From Diadema antillarum (taxonomy: Eukaryota): a stretch of DNA of 64,000 nt. Location of the stretch: the NCBI RefSeq assembly GCF_040938485.1, contig NW_027271013.1, positions 124,001-188,000 on the forward strand, in the 5' to 3' direction. Made by a program: the position numbers and the translations under genes. Below are positions 1 to 11,965 of the stretch, piece after piece. The stretch's first letter is position 1. Each line of letters starts with the position of its first letter. The notes below the pieces were generated by a model. It saw nothing but the letters and a program-made list of their open reading frames with translations. It was not told the DNA's origin and did no database searches.

Positions 1-2757
1 CACTTTAGAGGCTTAAATTAGGTGGGAATTATAGAGGGGTTGTACTCTTATCATCAGGCCTGTTCATTTGCAAGGCGAAGCGTGTCATATTTCCTCAATA
101 AATAATGATATGACACATGCATTTCTTGTACAATGCGTATCACTCCAAGAGTGCCAAAGAAGTCCCAAGCCTTATTGTGTTTCACTTTTGGGTGGAAGAA
201 CTCCATAATTTGTCAGTTCAGGATGTGGTATTCAATATTTCAGGAATGTTCATATCGATGTGCTGACAGGGAATCAATCTCTTAAAAACTGATTGACAAG
301 ATATAAGGCCCATGATAGATAGAGAGATTGAATGACAAGATATACAGTATCAAGATGAGCAGGGAAAGTTAGTTGATTGGACAGATCATTGTATGATCAG
401 ATTGGTGTGTGTGTGTTGGTCAAACTGTGTAGATTATTGTGATGAAAACTTCATAGGTTGTCAGATTACAAGATTAAAGATTAATTGGTGGAAAGAGAAC
501 CACCAAGAAAAGTAAATTTACATCCACAAAGTCATTTGCAGTGAAAAGCAGGAAATCCAGGGCACCTACTCAGTAAAAAATGACCCAAGTTTGACATCAG
601 ATTGAGAACCCTGCCCACAATTCATATGTAATTAAGTCATTTGAGTGACATCTTAAAATAATCTTGAGTGGTCATATGATTGTGCGGTTACTTTATAATA
701 TATGCTGTGAATTGCTCTTCTCTATTCTTTATGTTATGTTGGTAATTTTCACTTTTTCCAGAATGAAACATAAAGAAGTTAGTTACCAATACCCTAGGGT
801 CAATCTGCAAATAATCCCGCATTCTGTTTTCATAATTTTCCACTCTAAGCCAAAAACTGGAATGACATTTCATCATCACATGGCCTATCAAGAATCCTGA
901 ATAGCAATGAGAAAGCATTCTGCAACCAGATGATCAATACTTATTTTTTGTCCAGTTGTATCTTTTACACGAGGGCATACGTTCAAACAACTTTCACCTC
1001 GTGGGATATCCTTTGAATGCAGTTTGATGATTTTTGTTGTTGTTGTTGTTGCAGTAGAGGAGACATTTGAAGTGCAAGTTTGAGTAGTTTGTGTAGACAA
1101 AAAAGTTGTTGCTTATTCACGAACAACATTGACATCGTATAGAAACAGAATATCAGAGTTCCCTTCTTTTGACCTCTTGTTATTGTTCATTTTATACGAT
1201 TGAGGTAGTGAGATTTTGTGCTTCAATGTGCAAAAAAAACAAATATTGCAGGGCAAATATAACTACAGATGGCAAGAAATGGCAATCATGAAAAACGTAA
1301 AATAGCAGAACTTGCTTATTGGCCAGTTGTGATGAAAGTTTTGAGTTACAAGCATAAAAATCAAAGGAAGCCATTTTCATTTGGGTGTTTTTATTATCCC
1401 CTTACCTCACAAGCAGGATATACACTCTGTATTCTGTATGAATTTTTCCAATATCACACACTCACACTAAATATGATAGAAATGAAATAACACGCCGTTG
1501 TAAGCGTGGGGCAATATTGCCATCGAAGGTGGGGCAATATTTGCTTCTACAGACTGTCACTACAGCACTCTCTCTGTCTGCTTTGTCTATAGAGAAAGTT
1601 TCTTACCTCACAAAGACGTTCACTTTTCTTGCCAAGAAGTTCACACTGTAAATGTCAGAACTTTGGCCCATGCTACACAGTGGGATTCTCTACTAGATTT
1701 GCATGTGTTTGAGTGCATCTGATTTATTAAAAAAAAATCAAATAAACAATTAATCCCTTTTCATTACCAGTTGAGAAAATATACATCCATTGAACTGTGT
1801 CATTTGTACTATATCATGCTTAAGATATGTTTTTGGTGTATTTTTAAGGGTGAGAGTGAAGAATTCCATCCTCTTTTTTTTTTTTTTTTTTTTTTTGCTG
1901 GTGTTTCACTAAAAGTAATCATGTTGGAATGTTCCATGTCTTTTACCTTGTGGCAGATGTATTCCCATTTTGTATTTCTGTGCACATGCGTACTCCCCTC
2001 CCCCTAGAAAACAGAGAATGTTCCTTGTAAATTTAGAAATATCACAAATGTGTGTTTTTCTCCCGCCCTGCCTGTAGGCGGGTTCCATCTTTGAATAGGT
2101 GACTTCATTGCGCCCAATTGTAATTTCCCATCATTCATTTTTGTGAACCTGCAGACATTTTAGCAAAGAGCAGAAGCAGGAATAGAAAGAGAAAGGGGAG
2201 GGATTCTGAGAGAGATAGACGTATTGGAAAGGATTTCAACTGATCGATATCAATCTGCTGGAGTTGTCAAGTAATACCGCTGCAAATTGATGGTGATTGA
2301 CAGGTATTCTTCTTCAAGTGGCCCCGGTCTTTGGACGCTTAATAGACATTTTATCCTGCCTTCACGAGACAGCCTCAAATGCCGGCTTTATTCTCGACAG
2401 ACAACAGATTATGCTCGGGTCTAAATTGAGTTTGTACTTCTCTTTGCCTGTGACACATTCAAAAAGTGGTATTGTAACCCAGTCATTCTATCCCAAACAA
2501 GTTTGGCTCATCTTTCATCTGCTGATTTGCAACGGCTTCAGGCGTCCAAATCACAGCGAATAACTTTAAAATAAAGCTTCTGCCAGTGATTTAAAAAAAG
2601 CCAGTGAACACAAGTTTCCATTGCTATTCCATGCTGCCTTTTCTTTTCTTTCACATACTTATGACAAATTAGAAGGCCCCACTTGTATTTCTATGCAACA
2701 TTTCAAATATAAGACATATCTATATATAAAACATATATATTTTTATTTGAATATAGA

Positions 2758-3110
2758 TTAAAGGATTGGTTTAGTTTTGGTTGAGATGGAGCTTCAGGTT
2801 TCCCTTTTTTTGTGAGATGAGAAACCTCTTGAAGGTTTATTTGATGAAAATTGGTTTTGAAATGCCTGAGATATCCCCAAACAAAGAATTTCTAATAAAA
2901 GGTAGGACCCACCTTTGAATTGGGACCACTTTATTTTACTTTGTGTTTGGATATCTCAGCATTTTAAAACTAGCTTTCATTGAATATATTTTGAATTCCT
3001 CTTTAATAGAATTGTATGCTTTTTCATATTCCGTCAGTGGTTTCTAATTTTCTCGTAACAAGTTAAAATCCACATCCTCTATCTCAACCAAAACTGTACC
3101 ATTCCTTTCA
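2758..3110. mobile_element. TTAA-flanked foldback MITE, Kolobok/T2-like, family A copy 1
   Basis: Left end TTAAAGGATTGGTTTAGTTTTGGTTGAGAT; right end ATCTCAACCAAAACTGTACCATTCCTTTCA, which is an imperfect TIR with the TTAA decayed to TTCA. An internal inverted pair TTTGATGAAAATT...GAGATATCC / GGATATCTC...TTTCATTGAA is shared with 4264-4649 and 40440-40827. The superfamily is inferred from TTAA+AGG termini. Confidence 0.85.
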
Positions 3111-3195
3111 CCCGTTGAGGATGGACTGATTTTGCTACAACATGCATTTCCCATAGACACCTGCCCGAGTATACTCGGGACTCATCCTCAACGGG
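3111..3195. mobile_element. 85-bp piggyBac-like mini-MITE, family B copy 1
   Basis: Perfect 13-bp TIR CCCGTTGAGGATG/CATCCTCAACGGG, flanked by TTCA and CTAA (decayed TTAA). Internal 16-bp palindrome at 3164-3179. A same-length homologue lies inverted at 49380-49464 with intact TTAA duplications. Confidence 0.85.
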
Positions 3196-4263
3196 CTAAG
3201 ATATTTTCATTAGATCTCTTGTGTTATCATCTGCTTAAACATAAATGACACAAGTTTGTTTGTATACTGTCTTTGCCTTATGTCTTCTGCATAATCCAGA
3301 CAGTGTAATAACGGAGGCATTGCATTATGAATTGCTTTATTGATACAATAAGGATTGTTTAACAGAATTTAGGCATACCTTTTCCTTCTTGTTTGTAAAT
3401 CACATGTATGAATCAATCACATTGAGAAGAACTCTGGTTCTTCACTTCCTAGTTCAAAACCATGCGAGATACTGTATTCATCATAAAGAGGATTCCTGTA
3501 TTTGATTTTGTTTTTCTTGTTTCATCTTAGAGGCTTTCAATTGTATATTTCTTACCCATAATTATTGTCAGTGAAGTGTTTTGTTGTGATTGAAAACTCT
3601 AGCTAAGGTTACTAGAAAATCTTGACAGGATATTCATTGGCCTTTTGGAGTGTATATGAACTCTATTACCCATTTGTCAGTGTGGTCTGTGTTTAAACAT
3701 GATTCAGTGATGCTCGAATGATTAGCTAAAAAAAGTAAATGCCGACTCAGCAGTGCGCCATTTCTACCTGGCTCAGTAAAAGTCTGCCAAGCTTGTCATC
3801 GCAGACCGGGGTAGTGTAATGAAATCACAACTTGGCCGACACTACGTGAAGGAGAAAGACAGATTGCTGCGACGACGTTGCTCCCAAAGAGTAACGCTGA
3901 ATTTGTTTTCGCAATCAACCCCCTTGAACCCAAGCCTTGCTGCCGTTCTCTCTCGGCGTCAAAGATTCGACATCTCACCGACGCTGCGCTGAAAATGAGA
4001 TGTACTTTTGACGAGACTAGCAGATATGCGGAGACTTAAACGCACCGGCTGATGTTGGTTCAGGTCCCCTGTGGGCAATATTGTATCCCCATCAACACAC
4101 CGTAACTACATCAAAGTTTGCTTAATGTCCATAGCATGGCTATATTCAAGAGGTGTGGCAGTTCATTTTACTCACCAAGGCTAAGGGTTCTGCCCCCCTA
4201 AACACCTCCTTGATTGAAGATTCTATTCACTAAAACCCACCTAGGTAGGTGATCAGGCTCACA

Positions 4264-4649
4264 TTAAAGGGACTGTACAGTACTGCTTGAGGTGGGGGAT
4301 TCAGGTTTATAACATTCCTAAGTGAGATAATGAGAAACCTCTTATGAAATATGAAAGAGCATGTAATTTTAAGAAGGATTCGATGTTTATTTGATGAAAT
4401 TTGTTTTTCAAATGGCTGAGATATCCAAAAAAGTGATAATAATAAAAGGCGACAGGCCACAACTTTTATTACGATCTCTTTGTTTCACCTTGTTTTTGGA
4501 TATCTCAGCCATTTCAAAACCGATTTTCATCAAATAAATTTTTCATAGCCCTTAAGATTACATGCTCTTCAGCATGTCATAGAGTGATTTCTGAATATTT
4601 TGCAAAACATTAAATCCTCACTTCAACCAAAACAGTACAGTCCCTTTAA
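4264..4649. mobile_element. TTAA-flanked foldback MITE, Kolobok/T2-like, family A copy 2
   Basis: Perfect 15-bp ends TTAAAGGGACTGTAC / GTACAGTCCCTTTAA. Internal inverted arms ATTTGATGAAAT...TGGCTGAGATATCCAAAA / TTTTGGATATCTCAGCCA...TTTCATCAAAT. Confidence 0.9.
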
Positions 4650-4785
4650 GCAATCCCTATCTGAGAATGAGGTTTTAGTATCTGGACATTTCACCAAGGA
4701 CTGTCCTTTTATTTATTACCGTAGATTGTGTCGACATAGTGACAAGAAGAAATAGTTTGTATCACAATTATGATTAGGGAATAGA

Positions 4786-5033
4786 TACTGTATATGCCAA
4801 ATATTTGGTGAGGTTTTGATTTTCGCAAATTTTGTGAGTTGGGTGCTATTCGCAAATTTAGAGACACACAAAAATATTAACTCTGATACCGACATGAATA
4901 TGACATGCACGCATATAATTCTCTGTTCAGTACTGTAAGTACTCCATAATCATAAATTTAACCACTTAGGGAATTGTCGGGAAGACCCAATTCGCAACAG
5001 ATTAGACTCACTAAATATATGGCATATACAGTA
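4786..5033. mobile_element. TACTGTA-ended MITE, Tc2/pogo-like, family C copy 1
   Basis: 21-bp TIR with 1 mismatch: TACTGTATATGCCAAATATTT vs rc of AAATATATGGCATATACAGTA. Alignable by eye over its full length to the reverse complement of 22560-22803. Superfamily inferred from TA + CTGTA termini. Confidence 0.85.
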
Positions 5034-8000
5034 ACGTAAATATCTGCAAAAAATTGAAGCAGTTACTTAAAATGTTTGACTCTATTCTACCACTTAAAAT
5101 AATTCCCGCATACCAAATCGCGCAGGTGGAGCCTCTATCAATAATGGCAGAAGTACATTGATTGTATACAACCATTCATTTCATTGGACTTGATTCATGC
5201 CTCAAATACAAGCATAAATTTTTACCTTCATTTACCAATGCCTGGGCGTGCACGATTCTGCTCGGCAAACGTTATCAAATGGGTTTTTACACATGTACAT
5301 GTATGCATGGCTCAGCAATGTTAATGATTTTGACACTTTATAAAAATACTCTTGTCCTGTGTGGAGAATAGGACGAAGTTTTGTACAGAGATTTCTTAGT
5401 GTGTGTACATTCCATGCAGGTACCTTTTTTTTAAAGTACTTATTGCTCTCTTTACATACTTTTTTTTTCGGTTGAGATTCCAGAATGTTGTTATGTGGCT
5501 GTTAACATTCTTGGTCAAATATCAATATCTATTTTATTATCATTACAATTTTCTGGCCTTGTGTAATGTATTTTTATGCTTTTCCTGCCTTATGTTAAGT
5601 ATTTTCTCAAAGAATAAAATTGTGAATATAACATTTGAATGTTGATTATCTGTGTTTAATGCAAATAATTTTTTTTACTCTTAATCCTGTTAAGATTCTC
5701 CTGAAATTTTTCATAGCTTTATATTGATTATACCTGTCCTTTTCAATTAGATATCAATGAGTATGATACTGTATCTGTTTTGTTTTTGTTCTTGTTTCAC
5801 TTTGAACTGCTGTTGTGTAGCAAAAGGTTGATCAGAAGGCCTTCGTTGGCTTACGCTTTTCTGCGAAACTGGAAGCCCGCCTTCTTTCCAGGGTAGCTTT
5901 AGGCCTTTGAGCCATCCCTTCTGACACTCAGCTTCTCTGCAGAAGGGAGCGTTCCTAACTGTTTTGTTTCCATGACGAACTTCGCCTGATGTTTGTCGTG
6001 GAAATGCCGCAAAGAATAACAAGTGCTATCATTAACTCACCCCTGTGTCTCTTCACTCATGTCACACATTCAATATATTTGCTAATAAACATCGACAAAA
6101 TCTCTAATCCATCATGTCACGACTCGCGGGGGATGGTAGAGACCAATCGTGAAAGGGATCACTTTTGCTTGCGATAAAGCTGTAAGACGATCAACTTTCA
6201 CAAACATGGGGAAAACTGATCAGCGGAGGCTTTGAGAAGCGATCTTTGTTGCACACTGGTCCTATTAACCTGAATTTCATTGACACAAACTATATTGAAT
6301 GATAGTCTTCACAAACAGACCCATACCGTATATAGAAAGATGGAAGGGCAATAATGGATAAAGAAAACAAGCAAATTAGAGGGACTACTAACTAAACTAG
6401 CCAGTACTAAAGTTTTACCATTTGTACAGATAGTGAGACACCCACATGCAAGGATTTGTTCATATCAATATTTCATAGCCGCCAGCTTTGCTGAGTACTT
6501 TGCGTATTATGACCTTTGTGATGTTGTCTGTTAGTATAAGGTCATGTTATCTATAATTCAGTGTCTCTCTGTGAGCACTTAATCATGACAAAACGGTAGA
6601 GAAGGTAATCTTTTGTGGAAGATAAGAGTTGAGATGGTGACGAGTATTTTGACAAAGTATCAATTTACGAGCACAAACTCTTCGAGATCAGGCCTGACCT
6701 TAACTTTGACGTCATAGCGACGGGGTCTTGAATAATTGCTGTGTACGAGGTAGCGATCGGAAGCATGGGTATGGAAAGCAGATATCTTGATGACTTCATC
6801 CAGAAGATTGTTGCATGGTTTTCACTTTGATGTCATCAGTACTTTGACCTAGTATTAGTTCTTAGTTGTTGTCCTTGTTTTGACAGTAATCTTTGTGACT
6901 TTTTGGATTTGAAGTATGAGGATGGAAAATTGTTATGTTTCCTGATACCTTTTTCATGTTAATGCTGTAATTTTTTGTTTACTCTGTATGAATTTATTTC
7001 ATAATTCCAATTTTCTCTCATTTGTGTAAGATGGTAGAAGAACTCCAAGAAACATTTTACACTTTGCAAAATGTTGGCCTCTGATTAAGGTGAACACTGA
7101 GAAAACATGCTAAGTAAACATTAAGTCTTATGTATAAATGTGATGTTGATAACATTGGTTGTGCATGCTATAGTAGTAATTGGGTGGAAGAGGAATGGAA
7201 TTAAAAAAAAGAATTTGTAAGATTGTCAAATTTTATCCTGGTATGTGAAGGGATGTAAACAGAAATTTAAGTCAAGATAAAAATAACTATTGTGAGCACT
7301 TGACATGGTTATTTCCTTCTCTGGTGCAAGTTGAATTAAAGATGTTGTAAATAATTAAATATATTGACTGGACAGTATTTCTGCTGAAAAGACAAGTGAT
7401 ACAAAATGATCAGTGAGCTTGTGTGTTGTGCAGCCCTATCAAGTCACGATGAAGAAAATGTGACAAAAATTGTCTTTGGTCAACCCAAATTTGAGTCTGT
7501 GACCTAGGCTAGGCTCACTGGTGAGATGTTACACTCATTCAAACATACAGAGCTGCCCCCCCCCCCTCCTCCCATTGATGCAGTGGAATATGGCGCAAAG
7601 TGTTGCCATGGAAACCAGCCTTGCAGTATCTCCATTTCTTTTACCTCCCATCCCTGCCTCCATTGCTTTTGTTCTGAAGATTCCCTTGGCTGTTGGTACA
7701 ATGTTGCCGACTGTAACGTCGTTGAGACAATTTTATTGTCTTGCTTTTCCTCGTGTGCGTCTGATATGCGCAGACACTGATGATACAAAAAAAAAAGATA
7801 AGACATGGAAAGGCAGAGGTTAGTTTCGCATCACATATTGGGCAATTTTCTCTCATAGTATCATATTTTTAGCGAATATTATTTCTTGTGATGTACAAAG
7901 TTTATTTGACACCTAATACTTATCACTTGACATCTTTAGTTCACTCAATGTATATAATTTGTTGCACAGCCAAATAGCTTGAAGACATAGAGACATGTAG

Positions 8001-9718
8001 ACGAATTTATGGAATTTTTAAAAAAGGTGATATGGGAATTCGATTTGAGTGAAGTGAAAGTTTTTGATGGAAAGGAAGGAGTAGTCCAAACTTGGAGAGG
8101 ACTTTCAAATTCAAATTCTACTGTGCTCAATTAGTTCGTTCAATTGACTTTGTACTTCATTTATGCATGAGAAAGAAATTCAGAAATAAAATCATATCAT
8201 AGTGAGTTTATGACCCGTGAGAAATCAGAGAAATACACCGTATGACGGTATAAATATCCATCCAATATTTAGAGTCACATTAAGTTTTGTATGATATGTT
8301 TGCTGTTTTTATGGTGACCCTCTCCCCTGCCAGATAAACATCAATTCTGCTGTCCATTAGCACAAACAACTCATACATCTTTTTCTTTTTTCCAAAGAAA
8401 AAGTTGATCAGCAAATCTCATCGGCGGGCAACTCACCACAGAAAATAACTTGTATTCACTAACTTTCCTTCTGACAGTAAAATTAAAGAAAAAAAAATCC
8501 AGGGTGATATGATTGTGCTTTAGATGGAGTCGTGGGGGGGGGGGGGGGGGGGGGGACATCTGAGCTGGACCTTTGGACTCTGTTTTATTCCACTGCCCTG
8601 CTGCTATTGGATAAGCAGCAGCTTCAGCAGCTATTCTGCTACTAATGATAGTAATTTGCATATTTGTTGCTATACCCAGTCAATCTCTGCCATGATAACT
8701 TATGTGGAGATGGATATTTTCAAACTGTTCATCCCCCTTCCCAAGATTTAAGTAAATGAACTCATGCTCTGTAGGTATATTTAATTGAGGTGATTTTCTG
8801 GAAATTCTGGGTTGTATGTCTCTTTTTCTTTCCTTCTCTCAGTTTCTTCTGGATCAACATTACCAAAAAAAAAAAGTATGTGAGATATATATTGCACCAT
8901 AAATCTTAATGGATGTCTTCACCATTATTACTTTTCATAGATTTTTCATCATATCCATGTTTTGGTTTATCTGATAATAACTAACCCTAGGATTACTAAA
9001 CAATCAATTTGAACACTACAATATATCATTGGCATTTTGTGATGATGGTTTTGAATGGGTTAATATGTGAAAGTTCTGAGGAGATCTTGTCAGTTATTGT
9101 TCAATAAAATGAGATTTTTTTTCTCTACCTTTTTCTCTCATTAGATTTTCATCAACCAACCCTATTTCTGCAGCCCCCTTGCTCATGAATAAGTGGTATT
9201 CAATGTGTTCCCATTGGCTGTAAGCTTGCTCAGAGAACAGGACTGCTCTATTACAAAGTGGGGGTGAACAAAGTCACAGTATGCCAATGTATTGCTGTTA
9301 GAGATTATTCTCCCATAAAAATTTCAACAACAGCCAAATAGATATCTGTTTCTAGTAAGTGGGAGTGGTATCAAAATTTGAAATTGGTATGTAACATTGG
9401 ACAAGTGATTAGAGTGATTTCTGGAGTGTTGGTCATAATATTAATAATAATAATAATAATACATACATTTTCTATAGCGCCGTTCTCCACTTTGATTAAA
9501 TGCTCAAGGCGCTTTACAATTGTACATCAAAGCAAACAGATTGAAAATACAAGTACATCACAGTAATAGAAGAAGGATGAAGAAGCAGAAAAAAAAAAGA
9601 CATGAAAGTCTGTCTTCTCTAATTCTCTAATCTTTGATGACTAATGAGGCTGAACCCCCCTACAGCTCTGAATGGACTAAGCTAGCACACTCTCAGCCAA
9701 AGGAGAAATAGTACTGAC

Positions 9719-9721
<3 letters not shown>

Positions 9722-9780
<59 letters not shown>
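9722..9780. repeat. (CA)n microsatellite
   Basis: Uninterrupted AC/CA dinucleotide run of about 59 bp. Confidence 0.98.
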
Positions 9781-9782
<2 letters not shown>

Positions 9783-9829
9783 CATGCATATACTGTTTTG
9801 TCTATGCTCGTATGTACAATCTTATGTTC

Positions 9830-10420
9830 AGCCCACGCACGAGCACTGAGGGGGGGGGGGCATTCTACCCCTCTCTCTCTCTCCCTCTCTTTCTGACTGT
9901 CTCTCCCCCTCTTGTTCGGAATCATGCTTGAACTACTGGCACACGATAAGCTTATCACCGCTTGCCATCAGCTTTTCAGCTTTTCTTTTACATAAGGCGC
10001 GTGTGTGACAAAGGGCAATAACTTATTTTAGTATTTCTACTTCTGAGGCTGGAACCACATGCACCATGCTTGGGTGAGATAGATTTTGTAAATTACCAAC
10101 AGTTTGGATACCAGCACCAAGCAAGTCATCTGTTAGCTGAAAGATATCTCTCCCTCGCCTGCCCCCCTCCTCTCCCGCACTCCCGTGCTCTCCAGTAATG
10201 ACAATGAGTGCACATCTTGAACCAACCGACCACTTGCTACTAGCCGCTCGTGACTGCAGCTTGACTTCTCGCTTACGGTCAGCTGAAGTGAGGATGGATA
10301 CCGGGGACCAGCAGTGAGGGTACCCGCTCCGAGGCTCGACACACTCTTGCTCCTCAGTTCTGTGGTGACTGACTCACTTGTTACCGCTCAATTTTGAGTG
10401 GACTTTAGGAGTGGGCACGT
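9830..10420 (+). promoter_or_regulatory. Putative promoter / 5' untranslated region of the GPCR
   Basis: CpG- and GC-richer than its flanks. Contains a G run, CT-rich tracts (9870-9910, 10150-10195) and an AP-1-type TGACTCA near 10371, 1.5-2 kb upstream of the only CDS. No TSS evidence. Confidence 0.3.
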
Positions 10421-11871
10421 TGATTGACCTGGCTGGTCTAGTTTTTTCTTGTATTTGACCAAGAGGAGAAAAACTAACCATATTTTTTTCTTCCTCCGGA
10501 TGTGTATATTTTGTGAGCATCACACTCGAGCATCACCATTATATACAGGTAGAGGATTGAATTTATGCAACTCCACGAATGTTTGTCTCTCCAATTTGCT
10601 CTTGTGTATACCGCAAAGCGACCACAGTAGGCAGGTGTGAGCCCACGGCAGAAGTGTGCACAATATTCGTACAAGGATTTCTTTGATTTAGCCTGGCCTT
10701 GTATCTGTTCCAGTTTTTCCTGAGAGTGCTTGACTCGCAAAACGTGGAAGAAGTGACTTGTTATTTTTCGTTGGTCTGTTTACTGGAGTCTGTGCAAAAG
10801 AATCGCCGGAGATTTAGTGGTCAAGCTTTTTGAATCAATAAGATTTGCACAGAAAGGTGACTGATTGAAGCTACTATTCATCTGGCAAAAAGCAAATTCA
10901 AATTCAGAACTGAAGTGTGCGTGGGGAAGTGTGCACTTTCTTTGAATTGGGTCTGGAGTGGACTGGCGAAAGAGCTTTGCTTCCTTGGGTCATCGTCAAG
11001 ATCACCATCGGGTGTGCGGTGGATGCTTCTGCCCTTTTCCCCACGAATGATGTGCATGAAGGATAATATTTGAAATCACGTTTTCCACGCCTGCTTCGTT
11101 CCGCCAGGGATGACCTCTGCTGCGTAGGGCTGTCTGAGAAGACCCATGACACTCCTCGTATCCGGGAGTGATGATTCCCATGGCGACCACGCTCTGACCA
11201 GATTGCAAAGCACTTCGTCAGACATCTAGTGCCGTCTCCAAATCTTTCTCGCTGGTAGAGATCCAGAAGAAAGACACGACAAGAGTCCAGCTCTATATAA
11301 GTCATCTGATGCTGTCCTCATATTTTGTCATGTACAGCCGTGACTTTGTCCCCCCATCTACCTAGTCGAAAGGATTGAGGAGTGATTTGCGGAAAGACAA
11401 AAGTGGAGATAAGCCTTACTCGTTCTTCAGTGGGATACCAAATATTGACATGCGCCAAAATGTTCAGCTGAAGTGAAAAGAAAGAAAAAACAGGAGCCCC
11501 TCATAAATCCCTGATGGGAGAGGTGATGAGTTTTGTTGGGAAATAAGTGATCACAACATGCTGATGTGAGGGCAAAGACACGCTGCAAGATAGAGTGAAC
11601 TAAGCTCTGATATATGATACCAGATACTGCCAGTGAGCACACTACATTTCAGTAGAGACAGGTGGAAGGCTGGGCATATATCATATCCCTTGTTTATTGA
11701 ATTCATTCTTAATTTGGATATTTTTCCACTGAGCAGCAAAATGATGCTATCTTGAAATCAAACTCTTGGATTAATTCTTGGATCGCTCAAAGACGAGGAA
11801 GAGGAATTGATGTGTGTGAAATTGATCTTGGCTATTTTGACATAAAGTTCCTGTTTGGGGTGAAAAAAAAA

Positions 11872-11938
11872 CAACAAAACCAAATCATCCATTTCGCTCG
11901 GAGAAAAAAGCAACAAAACCAAATCATCCCTTTTGCTC
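11872..11938 (+). repeat. 39-bp-period tandem duplication immediately upstream of the GPCR start
   Basis: CAACAAAACCAAATCATCCATTTCGCTC (11872-11899) and CAACAAAACCAAATCATCCCTTTTGCTC (11911-11938). Confidence 0.9.
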
Positions 11939-11965
11939 ATGATAGAAAGAGGAATTAACTTCACC

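Noticed and set aside
1201-1222. let-7-like sequence TGAGGTAGTGAGATTTTGTGCT
   Set aside because: Shares the first 9 nt and a TTTGTGCT tail with let-7 family members, but has extra bases and no complementary star arm nearby, so no precursor hairpin.
8523-8556. Long G homopolymers (also 27417, 30714, 40969, 54604) as functional G-quadruplexes
   Set aside because: Such runs are scattered throughout the window with no positional pattern, and their lengths differ between the duplicated copies, so they are unreliable.
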